Source: the human T2T-CHM13v2.0 reference genome, Homo sapiens
Direction: 5' to 3' (one strand)
DNA: 64,000 nucleotides
Assembly: GCF_009914755.1 (NCBI RefSeq)
Contig: NC_060944.1
Below the pieces are notes generated by a model. That model searched no databases. It was given only the letters and a program-made list of their open reading frames with translations, and was not told where the DNA came from. Positions 1 to 16,195 of this stretch are shown here, in pieces (within the stretch, counting starts at the first letter, position 1; each line of letters starts with the position of its first letter). The translations under genes were made by a program, and so were the position numbers.

Positions 1-819
1 AAAATGGACCCTTTCTCAAAGGTACACCGAAAAGGAAATAGGAGGTAGAGGAATGAACTCTGTGTAGGATTTAGGGCACCCCCTTTTTTAAAAGAAATCT
101 AATCATCCTCAGTAAATATCCGTACTAGGTTTGACATTTAGGGGAGGGGGGCTCACATAATTTCCTTTTGAAGCATGTTTAACCCAAAGCTATAAGGAAG
201 CAATGAGAACAGGAAGACTGCGAATCAGAGAGATTGAAAAGAGCCATAAATAGAATTGATATTTGGGGAAGAAATCGTATCCTCCCTGTTCCAACAGAGC
301 AATGTACGTTCATAATGCAGGCATGGCCGGTCCTTCCCCAGATGTTTCATTTCCACGGCAGACTCCTATGCAATCGATAGTCTTGGAGCACTAGACTCTA
401 AGACGTGGTGTGTGTGTGGCTGGGGTCAGCCACATATTTACCCAAACATTAGAACGTTCAGCAAAACAGGAGCCGAAAATGCACTATGAGGTGGTGCCAT
501 GGGTCCGTGGTCACTGCCACAGGAGAAGCTGCCAACACCCGGGAGCCTGAGGCTAGACAAAGTCAAAGGCCGGTGGCTTTGGGGACAGAGGTGCTGGGTG
601 GCTGGGACTGCAGTGCACAGAGGGGTGAGCGCGGATTTTGTTAGTGAATAACGCGCAGAAGACGCCGTGGCCTCAGCAGGGCTCCGGGACCTACATAGGG
701 TTTCAGAGCTCCCAGAACCTTCCATCCTGAGAGTGCTCTTCTCCCTGCATCCCCAGACAGAGCACCTTTCCTCTCACAGGAAGCTCCAGTGCATGGAGCA
801 TCCTCATAAGCCATGCCGA

Positions 820-887
820 CAGCTCCGCACAGCAGGCAGCTCCGCACAGCAGGCAGCGCCGCACGGCAGGCAGCTCCGCACAGCAGG
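820..887. repeat. 17-bp tandem repeat x4 (cagctccgcacagcagg)
   Basis: Units start at 820, 837, 854 (two substitutions) and 871. Confidence 0.92.
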
Positions 888-3800
888 ACCAGGTTAGAGG
901 GCTGGGCGCAAGGAAAAGCTGCAATGCTTTGCCTTTGCAGCCAGTCCAGCCTCAAGGCCACCCCAGGGCCCACCTGGCTCTGCTGTGGGGATAGGCCAGG
1001 AGGCAGGAGCTCCCCTGCGCTGTTTCCCTGGGCCATCCAGTCTGCAGGTGGTGGACTTCCCCAAGTCAGAGTAAGACCGTTTCGTAGGCACTCTCTAGTG
1101 ACACCTCCGAGATCTGTTCTGTGCCCATCACCATTCTACACAGTCACGAGGCATGTTGGAAACAGAATGAAATCCACAAGTTAGATGCATCTTATGCCTG
1201 ACGTGACCACACAGCGGGACTGGCCAGCATCTGGTATGTAAAAAAGTTCTGCTCTCTGAGCTGAATTCTCTCATGATGATTAACTTTCTCATTCACACCA
1301 AAAACCATCTTCAATACCCACTGTTCACCCACATTTCCACTTCTGGAGACATTTGCCACCTCTATTTTTATCTTCACAGAAAAGGAGGGCTCTGTTTTCC
1401 CCACATGGCTCACAGGGGTGTGTGGAGCAGATCCAGCAGAATTCCCAGCTCGGGGCTGTTGCAAATATTCTTCTCTTCCTTGGTGGAATGGCTCCCACTG
1501 CACTCTGTCCAGCCTGGAAGACAAGGAGAGGCAGCAAAATCAGGGAAGTGAAGAAGCACAATCCCCTCTGTGTCCTCTCACCGTTCCTTGACACTGGGTC
1601 TAGTTTATCTGCTTATACAAATCGGACCCCCAGGCTCTGCAGCTACAGAAGCCTTGTCTCTCAGCATTGCGGGTTCACAGGGCTATGCTGCCTATCAGAG
1701 AAATCCAGTGGCATGGGGACCTCCCCAAAGAGCCACTTTCTTGGGTAATGAGAGCCAGCAGTTACACCTTTCCAGGAGGGGGACAGGTGCACCCCAACAA
1801 GCTGACACAGAGCACCTTGACCATGGCAACAGCCAGTACGGTGACCAGAGGTCATGTCCCAGCAGAAACTGATTTGAAAACATTCCCATAGATGCTTTTG
1901 TGGAATCAGGTGGACTTGTGCCATGCCATTTTCTCAACACTGTGGGGCACTTCAGATGCTAAGGACATGTCCAGCAGGATCAGTGCAGGACCTGGCCGCT
2001 GGGCGGGATGACAAGTGAGGGATGCCACCACCGCCATCTGTGACCTATCGCCAAAGGTCGGGGCTGCCGGCTTCCCTTAGAAATATACCACGGATCTGGT
2101 GTCAGGGAATTTGAAGCAATTTCCATGTTTTTGCCATCTCTTGAGGGTAATGACTTCGACTAGGACAAGGGATGCTCGCTCTTCCTCACTGAACTTGGCA
2201 GGAGCATCAGATGGCCCCCCACAACTAATAACCCATGCTCAGGGAACCCAGGCCCTGTTCCCCTCTTCCATCTGCACCACGCTGGGGTTTTGATCAGGTC
2301 CACCCCATCTCAGCCCATCTATTCAAGAGGACTGCTCTGGCATCTGTGCCTCTGGGAGGCATTTTCACGCAATGGCTACGGCACTGCGGAGCCGGTGCTC
2401 AGTTCAGGATTCCCAGGGAGCTCGTCCACCCTGCAGAGAGCCTCATGCAATGTGTCCAGAGGGTCTGGAGTGGGACCTGCTATCTGCATCTCTACCACAA
2501 GGAAATGTTACAATAGTTGATCACCATTCACCTGTGAACCAGCTCCCATGCCCCGGCCAGACCACGATTGTGGGGAAAGACCCCTCGTCTTCCATGGAAG
2601 GCACTCTGGGAGTTTCTGCATGGAAGCCGGGTCTTGGTGGCTGCCCTCCCCCATGTGGCTTCACCTCTGAGTGTTTTAGCATTCCCTTCACTTAAAAGCC
2701 AGGGTTCCTCCTTGGCTCTTCATAATTCCCGGCTCCTAACAGATGCGTGGATTCGAGAATAAAAAATATAACAAATGATAACTTTTCGCATGTAGCTTGG
2801 GAGGTGCATATGATTATATTCTTTCCTTAACACTGTTTTTTTCTTTTTCAAAAAAACAGAAAAAGACGATCATGTAAAGCCTGCCCCAGGTCAGTTTTGC
2901 ATTCTTTGTCTCTCGCTTGCGAGTGATGAGGGGAGGGAAATGATCCGAGTTTTGCTGATACTGAGCTGTCCCTGGAGACCTCACCTTGCAGCCACAGCCA
3001 GTTACAGCCTCATCACACAGACAGGAGAGCAAGACCCAGGCGGGGAGCAGGGCTGCCAGGAGCTTAAGAAAATAAAATATTGTGGCCCCAAGAAGCCGGC
3101 AGGGCAGAATCCGGCCCTGGGGAGAGCACAGGCCGCCGCAGGGTGCAGGTGTGGACTTGGGGGCTAGTGTGGTTTTCTCAACATGCACCTTGCCCGTGAA
3201 CCCCGGGGCCACCGACTTCCAGTCGAACGGAAGTTGTCTTTGTCTGTGTGCCTTCCTTTTGTCTCTTAAGCTCATTTACCTCTCATCACTTCCCCTGAAT
3301 CACAATTTATGTATTCTTGAATGTGAGGGATTGGTGACTGTATCCCTGGGAAGAGAGAGGATGCCTGTATTTGAGATTGGTCCAGGAAGCCTGTACAGAG
3401 AGACCCGGGGCTGGAGAAGAGTTCATCCAGAAAGACCATGAGACCACCCAGACCCCTCGAGCCATGGGTGGAGAGTGAACACACCTTCCGCGCAGGGCCC
3501 CCCGAGCAGCCCACTGGAGCCCAGGCTGTCATTTTATCTCTAAAAAGCCAAGCTCCACTTATGCATGGGGCTTTGTCGTGCATCCGCCCCATCAGTGGCA
3601 GTTTTGCAGCACCTTCCTCCCCAGATGTAAAGTGAAGCTTCCGCTCCCCAAGGCGCCCCAGCCTTCGGCTTCTAACATCACTCCTATCCCCACTGCTGCC
3701 CACATCCCAGGCATCCACGTAGCTCCGGAGCACAGAGCTCACCAGCCCCTTCCATCAGCAGGGAAGCCTCATGCAGGTCGCAGGGCCCAGCACTAGGACC

Positions 3801-4811
3801 CGTGCCTGGAGGCTTCTGCTGCTGCCGCCTCCGTAAATCACCATCTTACAGTAGGATCAGCAGAATGCATTCCATAGGAAGCACAGTTGATTAGGGCTTA
3901 ATGGGGAGAGGCGATCTGAAATGAGAAGCACTTTGTAAATAAAAGCTGATTAAGAAGCAGGCAGGTTTAGAGTCACCTGCACCTTGTAGACACATCCCTG
4001 GGAGCCTCAGGCCCCCACACCCTTCATCTGCCCCCTGAGGAAATGGCCCTGTCCCTGCTCAGCACTGGGCAGGTAGGCTCTGACCTTGGAAACTGGGCCC
4101 CTAGACAAGTTCATCTGCTGCCACTCCTGGCCGCTCAGGGCTCGGAGGGGTCCCGAGGATGGACCTCCCACAGCCTCGTGTAAGTAAGAGGCGGGAGTGG
4201 TGACACCATTTACCAGGCATCTGGGGCACACTGCTCCAGGCTCTGATGATGCCCCAGACTGCAGAATCTCCCCACCCCTGGGCTCTGTTCGACCGATGGA
4301 CCACCATCCCCAGCCAGTCAATGGCTGTACATGATACTGAGGCCAGGGACTCACCCTGGGGTCTGTCCCAGGAAAGGTAGCTGAAGCCACGAAGCCACAG
4401 TTGTGGGGCTCACAGATGTCATCTGCAAACAGACAGGCCGGGCTCTCAGCTCAGCTGCAGCAGAGCAGCCTTAGGGCGTAAGGAGAGCAGGGAAGAGGAG
4501 GAGGAGGAGGAGGACGGTGTCTCCAGGTTGCTGTCCAGGCCAAGGAGGCCGAGTGTGAACAGACTCTGAGGAGCCTGTCCTGGTAGGGACCAGCCTGGGC
4601 GTGGCACATTTCAGGAACAGCAAGACCGGGGCCAGGAGTCAGGAAGGGGAAGGCAGGGGCTGACCTGGGCGGCCTGGAGGCCAGGCCCAAAGCCCCAGGT
4701 GCCTGTGGGGGCAAGGGGACTGGCAGGGCTCCCACCCTCCCATCTCAAACCCTCATCCAGGGAGGAGAGCCCACCCCTTCCAGCAGCCCCGGGAAAGTCA
4801 CTTGCTGGGGT

Positions 4812-4910
4812 CACCTGCCTTCCCTGGAGCAGTCACCTGGCCAGGTGGAATGCCGGACTCTGATTGGCCAGCTGGACCCTTAGGCCCACCCCCGCGCCTC
4901 TGGGATTGGC
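4812..4910. promoter_or_regulatory. Candidate cis-regulatory module: E-boxes, two CCAAT boxes, GC/CACCC box
   Basis: CACCTG 4812. Palindrome CACCTGGCCAGGTG 4834-4847. GGAATG 4847-4852. ctgATTGGcc 4860-4869. ccacccccgcgcc about 4887-4898. ggATTGGct 4903-4911. Confidence 0.4.
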
Positions 4911-5919
4911 TCCCAGGAGGAAAGTATGGGTAGGGTAGAGGGACCGCGGATGCTGGGCCCAGCCCTGGGTTCTCTAGGACCCCACTAGGCCACCCAGGAA
5001 GGAGCCTGGGCCCACACCTCCCTCCCTGGCAGGCCCCTCGGTCTGGGTCCAGGAGCCCACTTTGCTCACGGTGCCCTCACCAGAGCAGTCCCTGACCCTC
5101 CCCTCCCTACCCCACCCTCAGTCTCCCTCGCCACTTGGCCCCAGCTCTCCCTAGCCAGGCAATTTGGACAAATTCTTCCACTGGCCTGGGCCTCAGTTTC
5201 CCTTCCTGGAATATAAGGGTTGTGGGACACCCCGAGTTCGCCTGCCCCCCAGCCCTAGCCCCTGAACACTCAGAGCTCATCCTAGGCCCCCCTTGGCCCA
5301 GCCTCCAGGCTGCAGGAGTCTTGCCCTCTCCTTCTCTGCCCTCTGGAAGTCCTGCCCAGCTTTTAGGAGCTCCACCCCCAGCTCTGCCCCTTCTCAGGTT
5401 TCTTCCGACAGCAGGGCTGAAGGTCCCCATGTCTGTCAATGCTCCCTAGACAGTACCACATTCACCCCACACCTGGCAGGGGGGCTTCCTGATCATCCCC
5501 CTTTCACAGATGAGGGACTGAGATCGGGGATGAAATAAATCCTGACTTGAGCAGTGGAGAGAAAAGCCATGCTCCACGCAGCTCTGTTAACCTCGGAGCC
5601 TGTGACGCCCCCACCCTGCTTTCCTTCCAGGCCCCAAATAATGGTGGTGTCTGCCTGGTTTCTGAGGCATCCACACTGTCCTGTGCCACTGTCTGTGCCC
5701 CCTTCCTGGCCCGTCCTGCCTGGCAAAGTCCTATTCACCCTTCAGTGCCCTGACCGAGATATAATACCCACCATGAGTATTTCTGTCCCCAAGTCCCCAG
5801 TGGACTGATTGTGTGCGACTTGGTGCCAGTTTGAACCTCCTGCCTGATTCTGACTCTGCACCAATCGTGGGCCCTGTGGGAAGTGGTGGGATGGGCCCAT
5901 CAAGATGGTGGGCCACAGG

Positions 5920-6080
5920 TCAGACAGCTTGGGCTCCAGTCCTGGCCTTCCAAGCTTGAGCGGGGCTTCATCCCTTGAGCTTGATGTCCTCTGTGTGCTG
6001 CCCTGAGGACTAAATGAGACTGTGTCTGGGAAGTCACTTGGGCAGGGCCCGGGCCCGTGCAGGACTCAGGAAGGTGTCCC
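5920..6080 (+). mobile_element. MIR SINE fragment (degenerate)
   Basis: gggctccagtcctggcc...tgtcctctgtg...tgaggactaaatgagact resembles the MIR core and 3' part. Confidence 0.5.
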
Positions 6081-7108
6081 TGAGGTCATGGCTGCACCCC
6101 GCCCCCACATGAGCATGCAGGAGACAGGCTGAGGGCCATTTGCTTTGTCGTCTCCTGGCTCAAGGGTGGCATCAGTAACTTTGTGTGGATGCAGTGGCTT
6201 AAGTCTGTCCACTGAGTTTGCTCCATAGAAAGTGAGTGGCTATCAGGGCCCTGCTGCCCCCACCGGGGCTGTGGTACCTCCCTAACGTGTGGGACTAGGA
6301 AAAGATGCACAGCCCCCGGGGCAGTAGCAGGTCCGGGGTGGCACCAGAGCAGGTGTTCCCTGCCGTGTGGAGTGTGGCCTGCCAGGTGAGGCGCTGTAGA
6401 TTGAGCCTGGCATGAGGATGAGGCGCCCAGGCAGAGAGAGGGGCAGGAGCAGGGCCTTGGGCGGTGGAGGTGGAGGTCTGGTCCCCAGCACCTGGCGGGT
6501 GAGCTAAAACCCTATAGGCTGGAGGCCAGAGTGGGCGCTTTGGGCCGCTCCTGCCCACTGTCCTATAGGCAGGGCTTTGAGGGAGCTGAGAGTGCATCAG
6601 GGAGCCCAGTGGGGCTGAAGCAGGGCAGAGTCAAAGGCACAGGGAAGAGGAGGGAGCACAGGAGGGGAACTGTGGGGTATGGGACACTGCAGCCCTGGGC
6701 AGGGCCCTGGCCACAGGGCCAGTTTCCAGGCCCAGAAACACTCATGGGAGATAAAAGTAGGACCACAGCCCAGGTCTCATCCTGTCAAGGACGGCTCCAT
6801 GAAACATCCCTGGGGAGCCATCCTGCAGGCTGCAGCAGCTCCGGGAAGCTGCCCCCTCATGCATCTTCCCAGGTGTCCGTGAGTGGATGGAGGCGACAGT
6901 GGGCGGCTGCCTTGGAGCTCCTGATTCTGCAGATCTGCAGGCACGAGCTTGGTTGGACCCCAAAGACCAGCTCAGCCACCAGGACCCTCCTGGACGCTGC
7001 TAGTTACAGGACTTCTAGCTTGAGCTAAACTGTCAGGATGCGGGGAGTGGGTACGGCCAAGATATCTTGCTGCTGGGCTGTTGGTTTTGAGAAAGTTGTG
7101 ATGTGCTC

Positions 7109-7346
7109 TATACACACACACACAGACACACAAACACACATAAGCAATGCGTACCTGTGCATGTGTAGAATGCATAAACACACATGTATTCATACATGTG
7201 CATTTGTGCATGTGTGTACATGTAGTCATACACCCATACATCTGTGCATATTTGACGTGTGCATTCATATATATCTATATGTGCATGTGCGTACATGCAT
7301 GCATACATGTGTGCATAGCGCCTGTATACACATGTGCGCATGTGTA
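7109..7346. repeat. Degenerate (CA)/(TG) alternating purine-pyrimidine microsatellite
   Basis: tacacacacacacagacacac...catgtgtgcatgtgtgtacatg. Confidence 0.9.
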
Positions 7347-8099
7347 CTATCTAGTTTCTGGTAATGGTGTAGTAGAGGTCACCCTTAAGTCATTACCCAA
7401 TGCTCAGTCTTCATTCACTCCGAAATACAGAAGAAAAACAGGCACCAGGGAAAATCAGCAGGTGTCATCTGTTAGAAAATATTTTTAAGTGTAACTGGAA
7501 GCATTATTTTCAGTGAGTATAATTATGCATCAGTGTTTATGTGATGTCTTCTGAATGGGCCCAAGATGACTGCGTGTTCAAAAGAACATGCTTGTTCGAC
7601 CAGGGTGAGTGCTAATTGTGGTTGACATTTTCTTCCAGGGAAGCGGGCGCATCTTCCAGGCAGAAGCCCGCACAGGTCTGGCACTGATTTTCACCAGATT
7701 TTGTTATTACATTTGTCTCACAGCTTTAAAATAGTAGCAAATATGTGCAATTTATTTAAACAACACTAGGGAAATTAACGCCATACAAGCTCATACTAAG
7801 CAAATGAAAATGAAGGATTTTTTTAAAAAACGGCTGTATGGAAACCCTTTAAAACTCAGAGTCTGAGATTCAGAGGGCCCTGGTGAGCTGCTGCTGGTTC
7901 TGAAGCACCACCAGGCGGGAGAGACCAGCCAGTCTCTGCCTCCGTCTCCCGCTGGGAGATGCGGGGGAGCTGCAGATGCCCAGAGGGCCCCTGCTAGTGG
8001 CTGTGCCAGAGGCTCCCCTCGCCCTCATCTGGGAGAGATCTGTCCAGGCTGCCTGCCCTCGTGCAGGCACAAAAATAATGCTCCACCACCCTTCTCCAG

Positions 8100-8288
8100 A
8101 GGTGGATCCCCAATTGCCTGTGGGCTGGGAGACGCCCTGTTCTCCAACTGCAGAACATATCAGGCGTGGTTGGCGGCCCCACCCCAGAGTTGTTAAGTCT
8201 TAGGTGAGACCTAGGAACCTGCATTCCTAATGAGCTCCACAGGGCACTGAGCTGCTGGTCCTGGGACCAGCCTGGGAGCTCAGACCTG
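8100..8288. mobile_element. MER5-like hAT-Charlie DNA transposon fossil
   Basis: ccccaccccagag...ctaggaacctgcattcctaatgagctccacagg...ctgctggtcctgggaccag resembles MER5A. Confidence 0.55.
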
Positions 8289-9522
8289 TTTCTCCCCAGT
8301 CTGGGATTTATGGAACACATCCCGGGTGGGTGCAGGAAACATCACTGAGACCCCCTTTTCCCTTGGTTCCCCATCTGTTCCATGGGAAGATCGATTTCCG
8401 CCCAGTCCAGGACCTTCCTGAAGTCCAGCAAAGGGGATTCGACTTCACAAACAGAGACCACAGAAGGGAGAGGTGGCACTTTCAGGTGCTCTGGCCTTGG
8501 GGTCACACTCCTGGCGTCCGAATCCTGCCTCTGCTGAACGGGCTGCATGGGCTTCATGAGTGCCTTGGCCTCGCATGGCAGGAAAGTGGGAATGATGGTG
8601 CTCCCCGCTGAACTGGTGAGAGGGAGGACTTATGGGGAGACTACCTGGAACAGCATTTGGCCTGGAGCCTGGAACCTGAGTGCACGCCACATCTATTACC
8701 ATTGTTCCTGTGGGCTATGTTGGCGTTATTTCAAGCCACTTTGAGCAGTGGGATTAATCTGGTCTTTCTCATCAAAGCTTAGAGCATATCAACATAAATT
8801 GTCATATCCCCAAGGTAGAGACCAGCTCCCAGGGAGGTGCTATCTGTCTGGGGCTAGGTCTTGGAGGACAGGTGGGATGTCTTCAGTGGAAGGGCCAGAT
8901 GCAGAGTCCTGCTGTCCTGCTCATCGGACATTCAGTACCTATGAGGCACAGGCTACTGGTCTGGGCGAGGAAAGCATGGAGTCCAGTTGTCTGTGCTGGG
9001 TTCCGGGGAGAATGTGCAGCTAGGACTGTCCTGGAAGCTCTTTAAAGGCCCCTGAGGAGCCTAGAAAAGCCCCCGCCCCTTGTCATCATGAGGGGCTGAA
9101 GTCGAGACCCCTGGGTCTCCATGTTTGCACCTCACATGGCTCCTTTCTAAGGAAGGCTGGGAGCGCCCCATGGAAGCCTCCTGGGTTTTATTAATTGAGG
9201 CAAATGGTGGTGTGGACCCCCACTGCCTGGAGGGGCAGCCTGTGGTCAGATGCCTCCCGGCCAGCTTTGTCCTCCCTGCCTTGGGCTGCCCTGGTGCAAG
9301 GTCCATTCTCCACCACGTGAACTCTCATATCCTACTGCCTCTGCAATTCAGATAAAATGAGCATCAACCACGAAGACTGGAGAGGCATGCCATGCCATGT
9401 GGGCACCCTGCACTGGCCCCGATGTGGCAGACGCATGGACGCCGCATATACGCGTGACGTTCTGTTGGCGCTGTCAGCCGCAGGAGTCATGTGCACTATC
9501 ACGTTTAGGAAACACAGAAAGG

Positions 9523-10230
<708 letters not shown>

Positions 10231-10262
10231 TCTTTTTCTATCCTTTAAAAAAATGCAGTTGA

Positions 10263-10559
10263 GGCTGGGCATGGTGGCTCATGCCTGTAATCCCAGCACT
10301 TTGGAAGGCCAACACGGGCGGATTACCGGAGGTCGGGAGTTTGAGAGCAGCCTGGCCAACATGGCAAAACCCCATCTCTATTAAAAATACAAAAATTAGC
10401 CAGATGTGGTGGCGGTCTCCTGTAATCCCAGCTACTCAGGAGGCTGAGGCAGGAGAGTCACTTAAACCCAGGAGGCAGAGGTTGCAGTGAGCCAAGATCG
10501 TATCACTGCTCCAGCCTGGATGACACAGTGAGACTCCATCTCAAAAAAAAAAAAAAAAA
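10263..10559 (+). mobile_element. AluS, full length
   Basis: ggctgggcatggtggctcatgcc...poly-A. Flanked by aaaaaatgcag on both sides (TSD). Confidence 0.92.
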
Positions 10560-10569
10560 GGAAAAAATG

Positions 10570-12313
<1,744 letters not shown>

Positions 12314-13434
12314 TAGGGGTGATTTCTCTCTTGGTTACTTTCAAGTGGCTGCTGTGTGTGTGGAAGCAGTGGGCAGGGGCGTGGGTCGTGGCCTTTGACC
12401 TCTGACCCCTTTCTTTGGTCTGATCACATTTCTTTCCATGGATGACTAAGATCCCGGATGATGGGGTGGTGCCATGACGATCCCTGCGCCGAGGCCAGCG
12501 TGCGCCGTGCCGCGGTCTGTCTGCAAGTTCTTGGTCCCCGAGCTCCCAAGGCCACCCGAGATTGCTTTTACCGCAGAAATAATTTATTTTACAAATTTGT
12601 GTTTCTATTATCAAGGCCATCAACGAGCAATTTCTTCTTCCCTTTGAAGAAAATTGCAGCCCAATCTGAGCAACAATTTGATAAAAGGATGGCGAGAATT
12701 CCATTAAATAATTCCCAACCGTTGTGGAAAAGCCTCACCCCACCCTTTGGAAATGAGGGTCCCCAGAGTGTGCTTAAGGGGTCATTCTCATTCTTTGTGC
12801 TGTTTAGTGTGTTTTGTTTCTCATTCCTTTCAATGCAGAAGGCTGGGCTGTGCGTTTGGAATGCAGAGATGGGAGGAAGAGAGCAGCCACCAGGCAGGGT
12901 CCCCCCAATTTTTTGTATCCCTAACCTCGGCCACCAGGGGACCCCACCAGGGAGCAGCCAAAATGACCGGTTATTTATAGCAGAAACTCTGGCATGAGTG
13001 AATGCAGTGTGCCTCCACACCCCAGCCAAGGTGACTTGGTTGCAAATGTATCACCTGCCTTCTCTGCACAGAGCCGGCCCTCCCACCTCAGCACCCAGCC
13101 TCTGCTGCATTCTTCCCTGTCAGGGGCTCAGCTTTCCTTGGCCACCCATGCCCCTTGAGGGCCAGGCAGGTTTGGAGATTTTCCTGTGAAATGCAGTTCA
13201 GGGCTTGAAGGAAGCCACCAGGGGTTGGAACCCCATCCTGGGCGAGCTTCCCAGGCCCACATCTCCTGGGCCCACTGGGCAACCTCCCGCCCACCACGGA
13301 TGCTAGAGACGATGCCAATGGCAGTGCCGTGGCCCCCATGCTGCGCCCACCTCACCATCCTTGGGGCCGGGATTTCTTGCATCCGGCCATTGCTTGTGTT
13401 GTCATTGACTTAAAATTCGTCTCAAAGTGATTCA

Positions 13435-14030
13435 TTTTTTTTCCAACTTTTATTGTAAGTTCAGGGGTACATGTATAGGATGTGCAGGTTTGTTACCTAG
13501 GTAAACGTGTGCCATGGTGGTTTGCTGCCCCTGTCAACCCATCACCTAGGTATTAAGCCCAGCATCCATTAGCTATTCTTCCTGATGCTCTCCTTCTGCC
13601 CCACCCCTCCCACAGGCCCCAGTGTGGGTTGTTCCCCTCCCTGTGTCCATGTGTTCTCATCATTCAGCTCCCACTTATAAGTGAGAACATGTGGTGTTTG
13701 GTTTTCTGTTCCCACTTTAGTTTGCTAAGGATGATGGCTTCCACCTCCATCCATGTCCCTGCAAAGGACATGATCTCGTTCCTTTTTATGGCTGCATAGT
13801 ATTCCATGGTGTATTTGTACCACATTTGCTTTATCCAGTCTGTCATTGATGGGCATTTGGGTTGATTCCATGTCTTTGCTGTTGTGAATAGCGCTGCAAT
13901 GACCATACACGTGCATGTGTCTTTATAAGAGAATGACTTCTGTTCCTTTGGGTGTACACTTAGCAATGGGATTATGGATCAAATGGGAGTTCTGCCTCTA
14001 GGACTTTGAGGAATTGCCACACTGTTTATC
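13435..14030 (-). mobile_element. 5'-truncated L1PA (older primate) 3' end including an ORF2 C-terminal remnant
   Basis: L1PA 3'UTR (aagttcaggggtacatgt...tgtgcaggtttgttacc). Minus ORF 13664-13966 YKDTCTCMVIAALFTTAKTWNQPKCPSMTDWIKQMW matches the ORF2p Cys-rich C-terminus. Confidence 0.92.
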
Positions 14031-14342
14031 CCCAAAGGAGATTGTATACCAAACCACAGTTTGATCACTGGGATAGTTTGTCAGGCTAAAAGCTGACTGT
14101 AGAGAAAAGCATAAGGTGAGAGAACAAAGGCTGCCCCTGATTTGTTACCCAGGCCAGTGGGGCAGGGGCTGAAGGGTGTGCTGGAGGCATGAGGACCAAC
14201 CAGAGATTCCTCTTTGAAGGTCATCAGGACTGAAGGTCACCGAGACAGGGAGCGGGCTTCCATCATGCTCTTCCACCTTATTTAATGCCTTGTGCTTCTG
14301 CCACCCCCACATTGCCCCTGGTAGACAGTCATCGATCTTACT

Positions 14343-14542
14343 CTGGGGTCAGCAAACCTTTTCTGTGAAGGGCCAGGTGGTAAATATTCTAGGCATTGTG
14401 ACCATACAGCTTCTGTCGCTGTGGTGTGAAAGCAGTCTCAGGCAATGTGTCAACTAACAGGTTGGCCGTGTTCCACTAAAACTTTATTTACAAAAACAGG
14501 GAGTGGGCTGGGTTAGCCCATGGGCCATGATTTGACAACTGC
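14343..14542. mobile_element. MER58A-like hAT-Charlie non-autonomous element
   Basis: TIR-like ends ggggtcagcaaac and tttgacaactg. Internal aagggccaggtggtaaatatt and aaaactttatttacaaaaacagg. Confidence 0.8.
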
Positions 14543-15554
14543 CAATCAGACACTTTTCCGAAACTCAAGAAAGGGCTGCCCAAGCCACCCTCACAGGCAC
14601 AGGGTAGGCACATTATTTGTGGAGTGAGTGAGCAGTGAATTTGAGGGCCCTCATCTGCTTGCACACCACAGAGTGGGTACCAGCGGCATCTGACTGTTAT
14701 CTCTGTTATCTTAGCACAACTGGGATATTCTGCTGTCCTGGCTCTTGGAGTTTCTCAGCCTGATGATCTAGGACTGAAAGGTGGGAATTTCTTCCTCAGC
14801 TCTGCTCCACAGATAGGCTTGTAAAAGGGAACATGAAAGAGCGAGGTCACATGGGCACAGCCCCTGTCCCAGGAGGGTCCCCAAGCTGTGTGTGGCCCCA
14901 CACACCATCTCCTGATGGACAGTGGAGAGAAAGACCTCCTGCAGCATCAGTGGCTGAGGAAGTGTGGGCTGGGACAGGCCCCATGAAAGGACCAAATCCT
15001 CCCAGACCAGCAGAGGGCTCGGGTAAGGATGGGCCCAGTTGTCCTGTTGATGAGAACGTTTCTCCGGAAGACATCATCATGAGAGCCCACCTTACGCCAC
15101 ATCTGAATGCCCTGATGGGGAACATGGCTTTCCAATTTGCAGCAGGGAAATATGCCCCTTCTGATTAACACGAGCTTGGAAAGTGTGGCTGAGAGAGCAG
15201 CCGGCACCGGGAGCTCTCCAGGCCCTGCAGGTGCAGCCTCCTGAGGACTGTCTGCTGCTGACCTTTCTAAACTAGAAATGTGCAGGGAGGAATTGTGAAT
15301 TTGGCTTTGGGTGTCAGAATGAGAAAAGCTGCAAATTCCGTGCTCCCAGGAAACCACCCCCAGCATCTCCGACCCAGGAAGTGGCAGCTTCTCCTGTTCT
15401 GGGGTCTGTGGCTTTGCTATGGTTTGGAACCACTTTGTCATCTGCTCCTCATATCCCCTGACTCGTCCAGCAGCCCCTGCAGGCAGGGTCACCTCCATGC
15501 CCAGAACGTCACTGCAGAACAGGCCGTGAGCGGAAGGAGGCAGTGAGGTGGGTG

Positions 15555-15850
15555 CGTGTTAGGGCTGACGAGCTGCACTGCAGCATTTCAGAAACTGAAC
15601 CCAACCTAAGTCGATTTCTTGCTCACTGTGAAGGTTGGTGGGCAGGGCGAGGGTGGCCTGTGCTCCAGCCATTCAGCCACCCAGGATGAGCGTCTCGGGA
15701 CTGGCGAGGCTTACAAGTGGCATACGTCAATCGTGCCTACATGCCACTGGCCAAAGCCCAGTCACATGACCACGTCTAATTGTAAGGGACATGGGGAACG
15801 AGTCCAACTCCGTGTCATGAAGGAGGGGGAAATATGGTTGGTGAACAGCT
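15555..15850. mobile_element. Old MaLR LTR fragment (MLT1J/K-like)
   Basis: tttcttgctcac...cactggccaaagccccagtcacatgaccacgtctaattgtaaggga. Confidence 0.5.
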
Positions 15851-16009
15851 GGTCTCTGTCGAAGCAGGTTTCTAAAGATGAGATCAGCCTGTGTCCTTTC
15901 CTCCCTGATGAACCCACTGTCCCAAGGAGTCCCTAGTCACTGGAGCCCTGGGTGAGCAGTTCAGATGTAATTCGCCAACCAGATCATTCTTTACCCTCTG
16001 CCCTGCTTC

Positions 16010-16195
16010 AGTTCGCCATAGTGCTTGGTGTGAACTGGCTGTATTTTCTGTCTTTATTCACCTACTTACTTCTTCTCTAAGAGGAGGCTTCCTGAAGACA
16101 AGGATCTTGGCTGTACCCCTAGTGTTGTAAACAGCCCTTGGCATGCAGTGGGCACTCTATTTGTTGAGGGAATGAATGAGTGAGTGAGTGAGTGA
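16010..16195 (+). mobile_element. L2 3' end
   Basis: ttcctgaagacaaggatc...ttggcatgcagtgggcactctatttgttgagggaatgaatgagtgagtgag. Confidence 0.65.

Noticed and set aside
13664-13966. ORF resembling a reverse-transcriptase protein C-terminus
   Set aside because: Remnant of a roughly 600-bp truncated L1, not an independent gene or active element.
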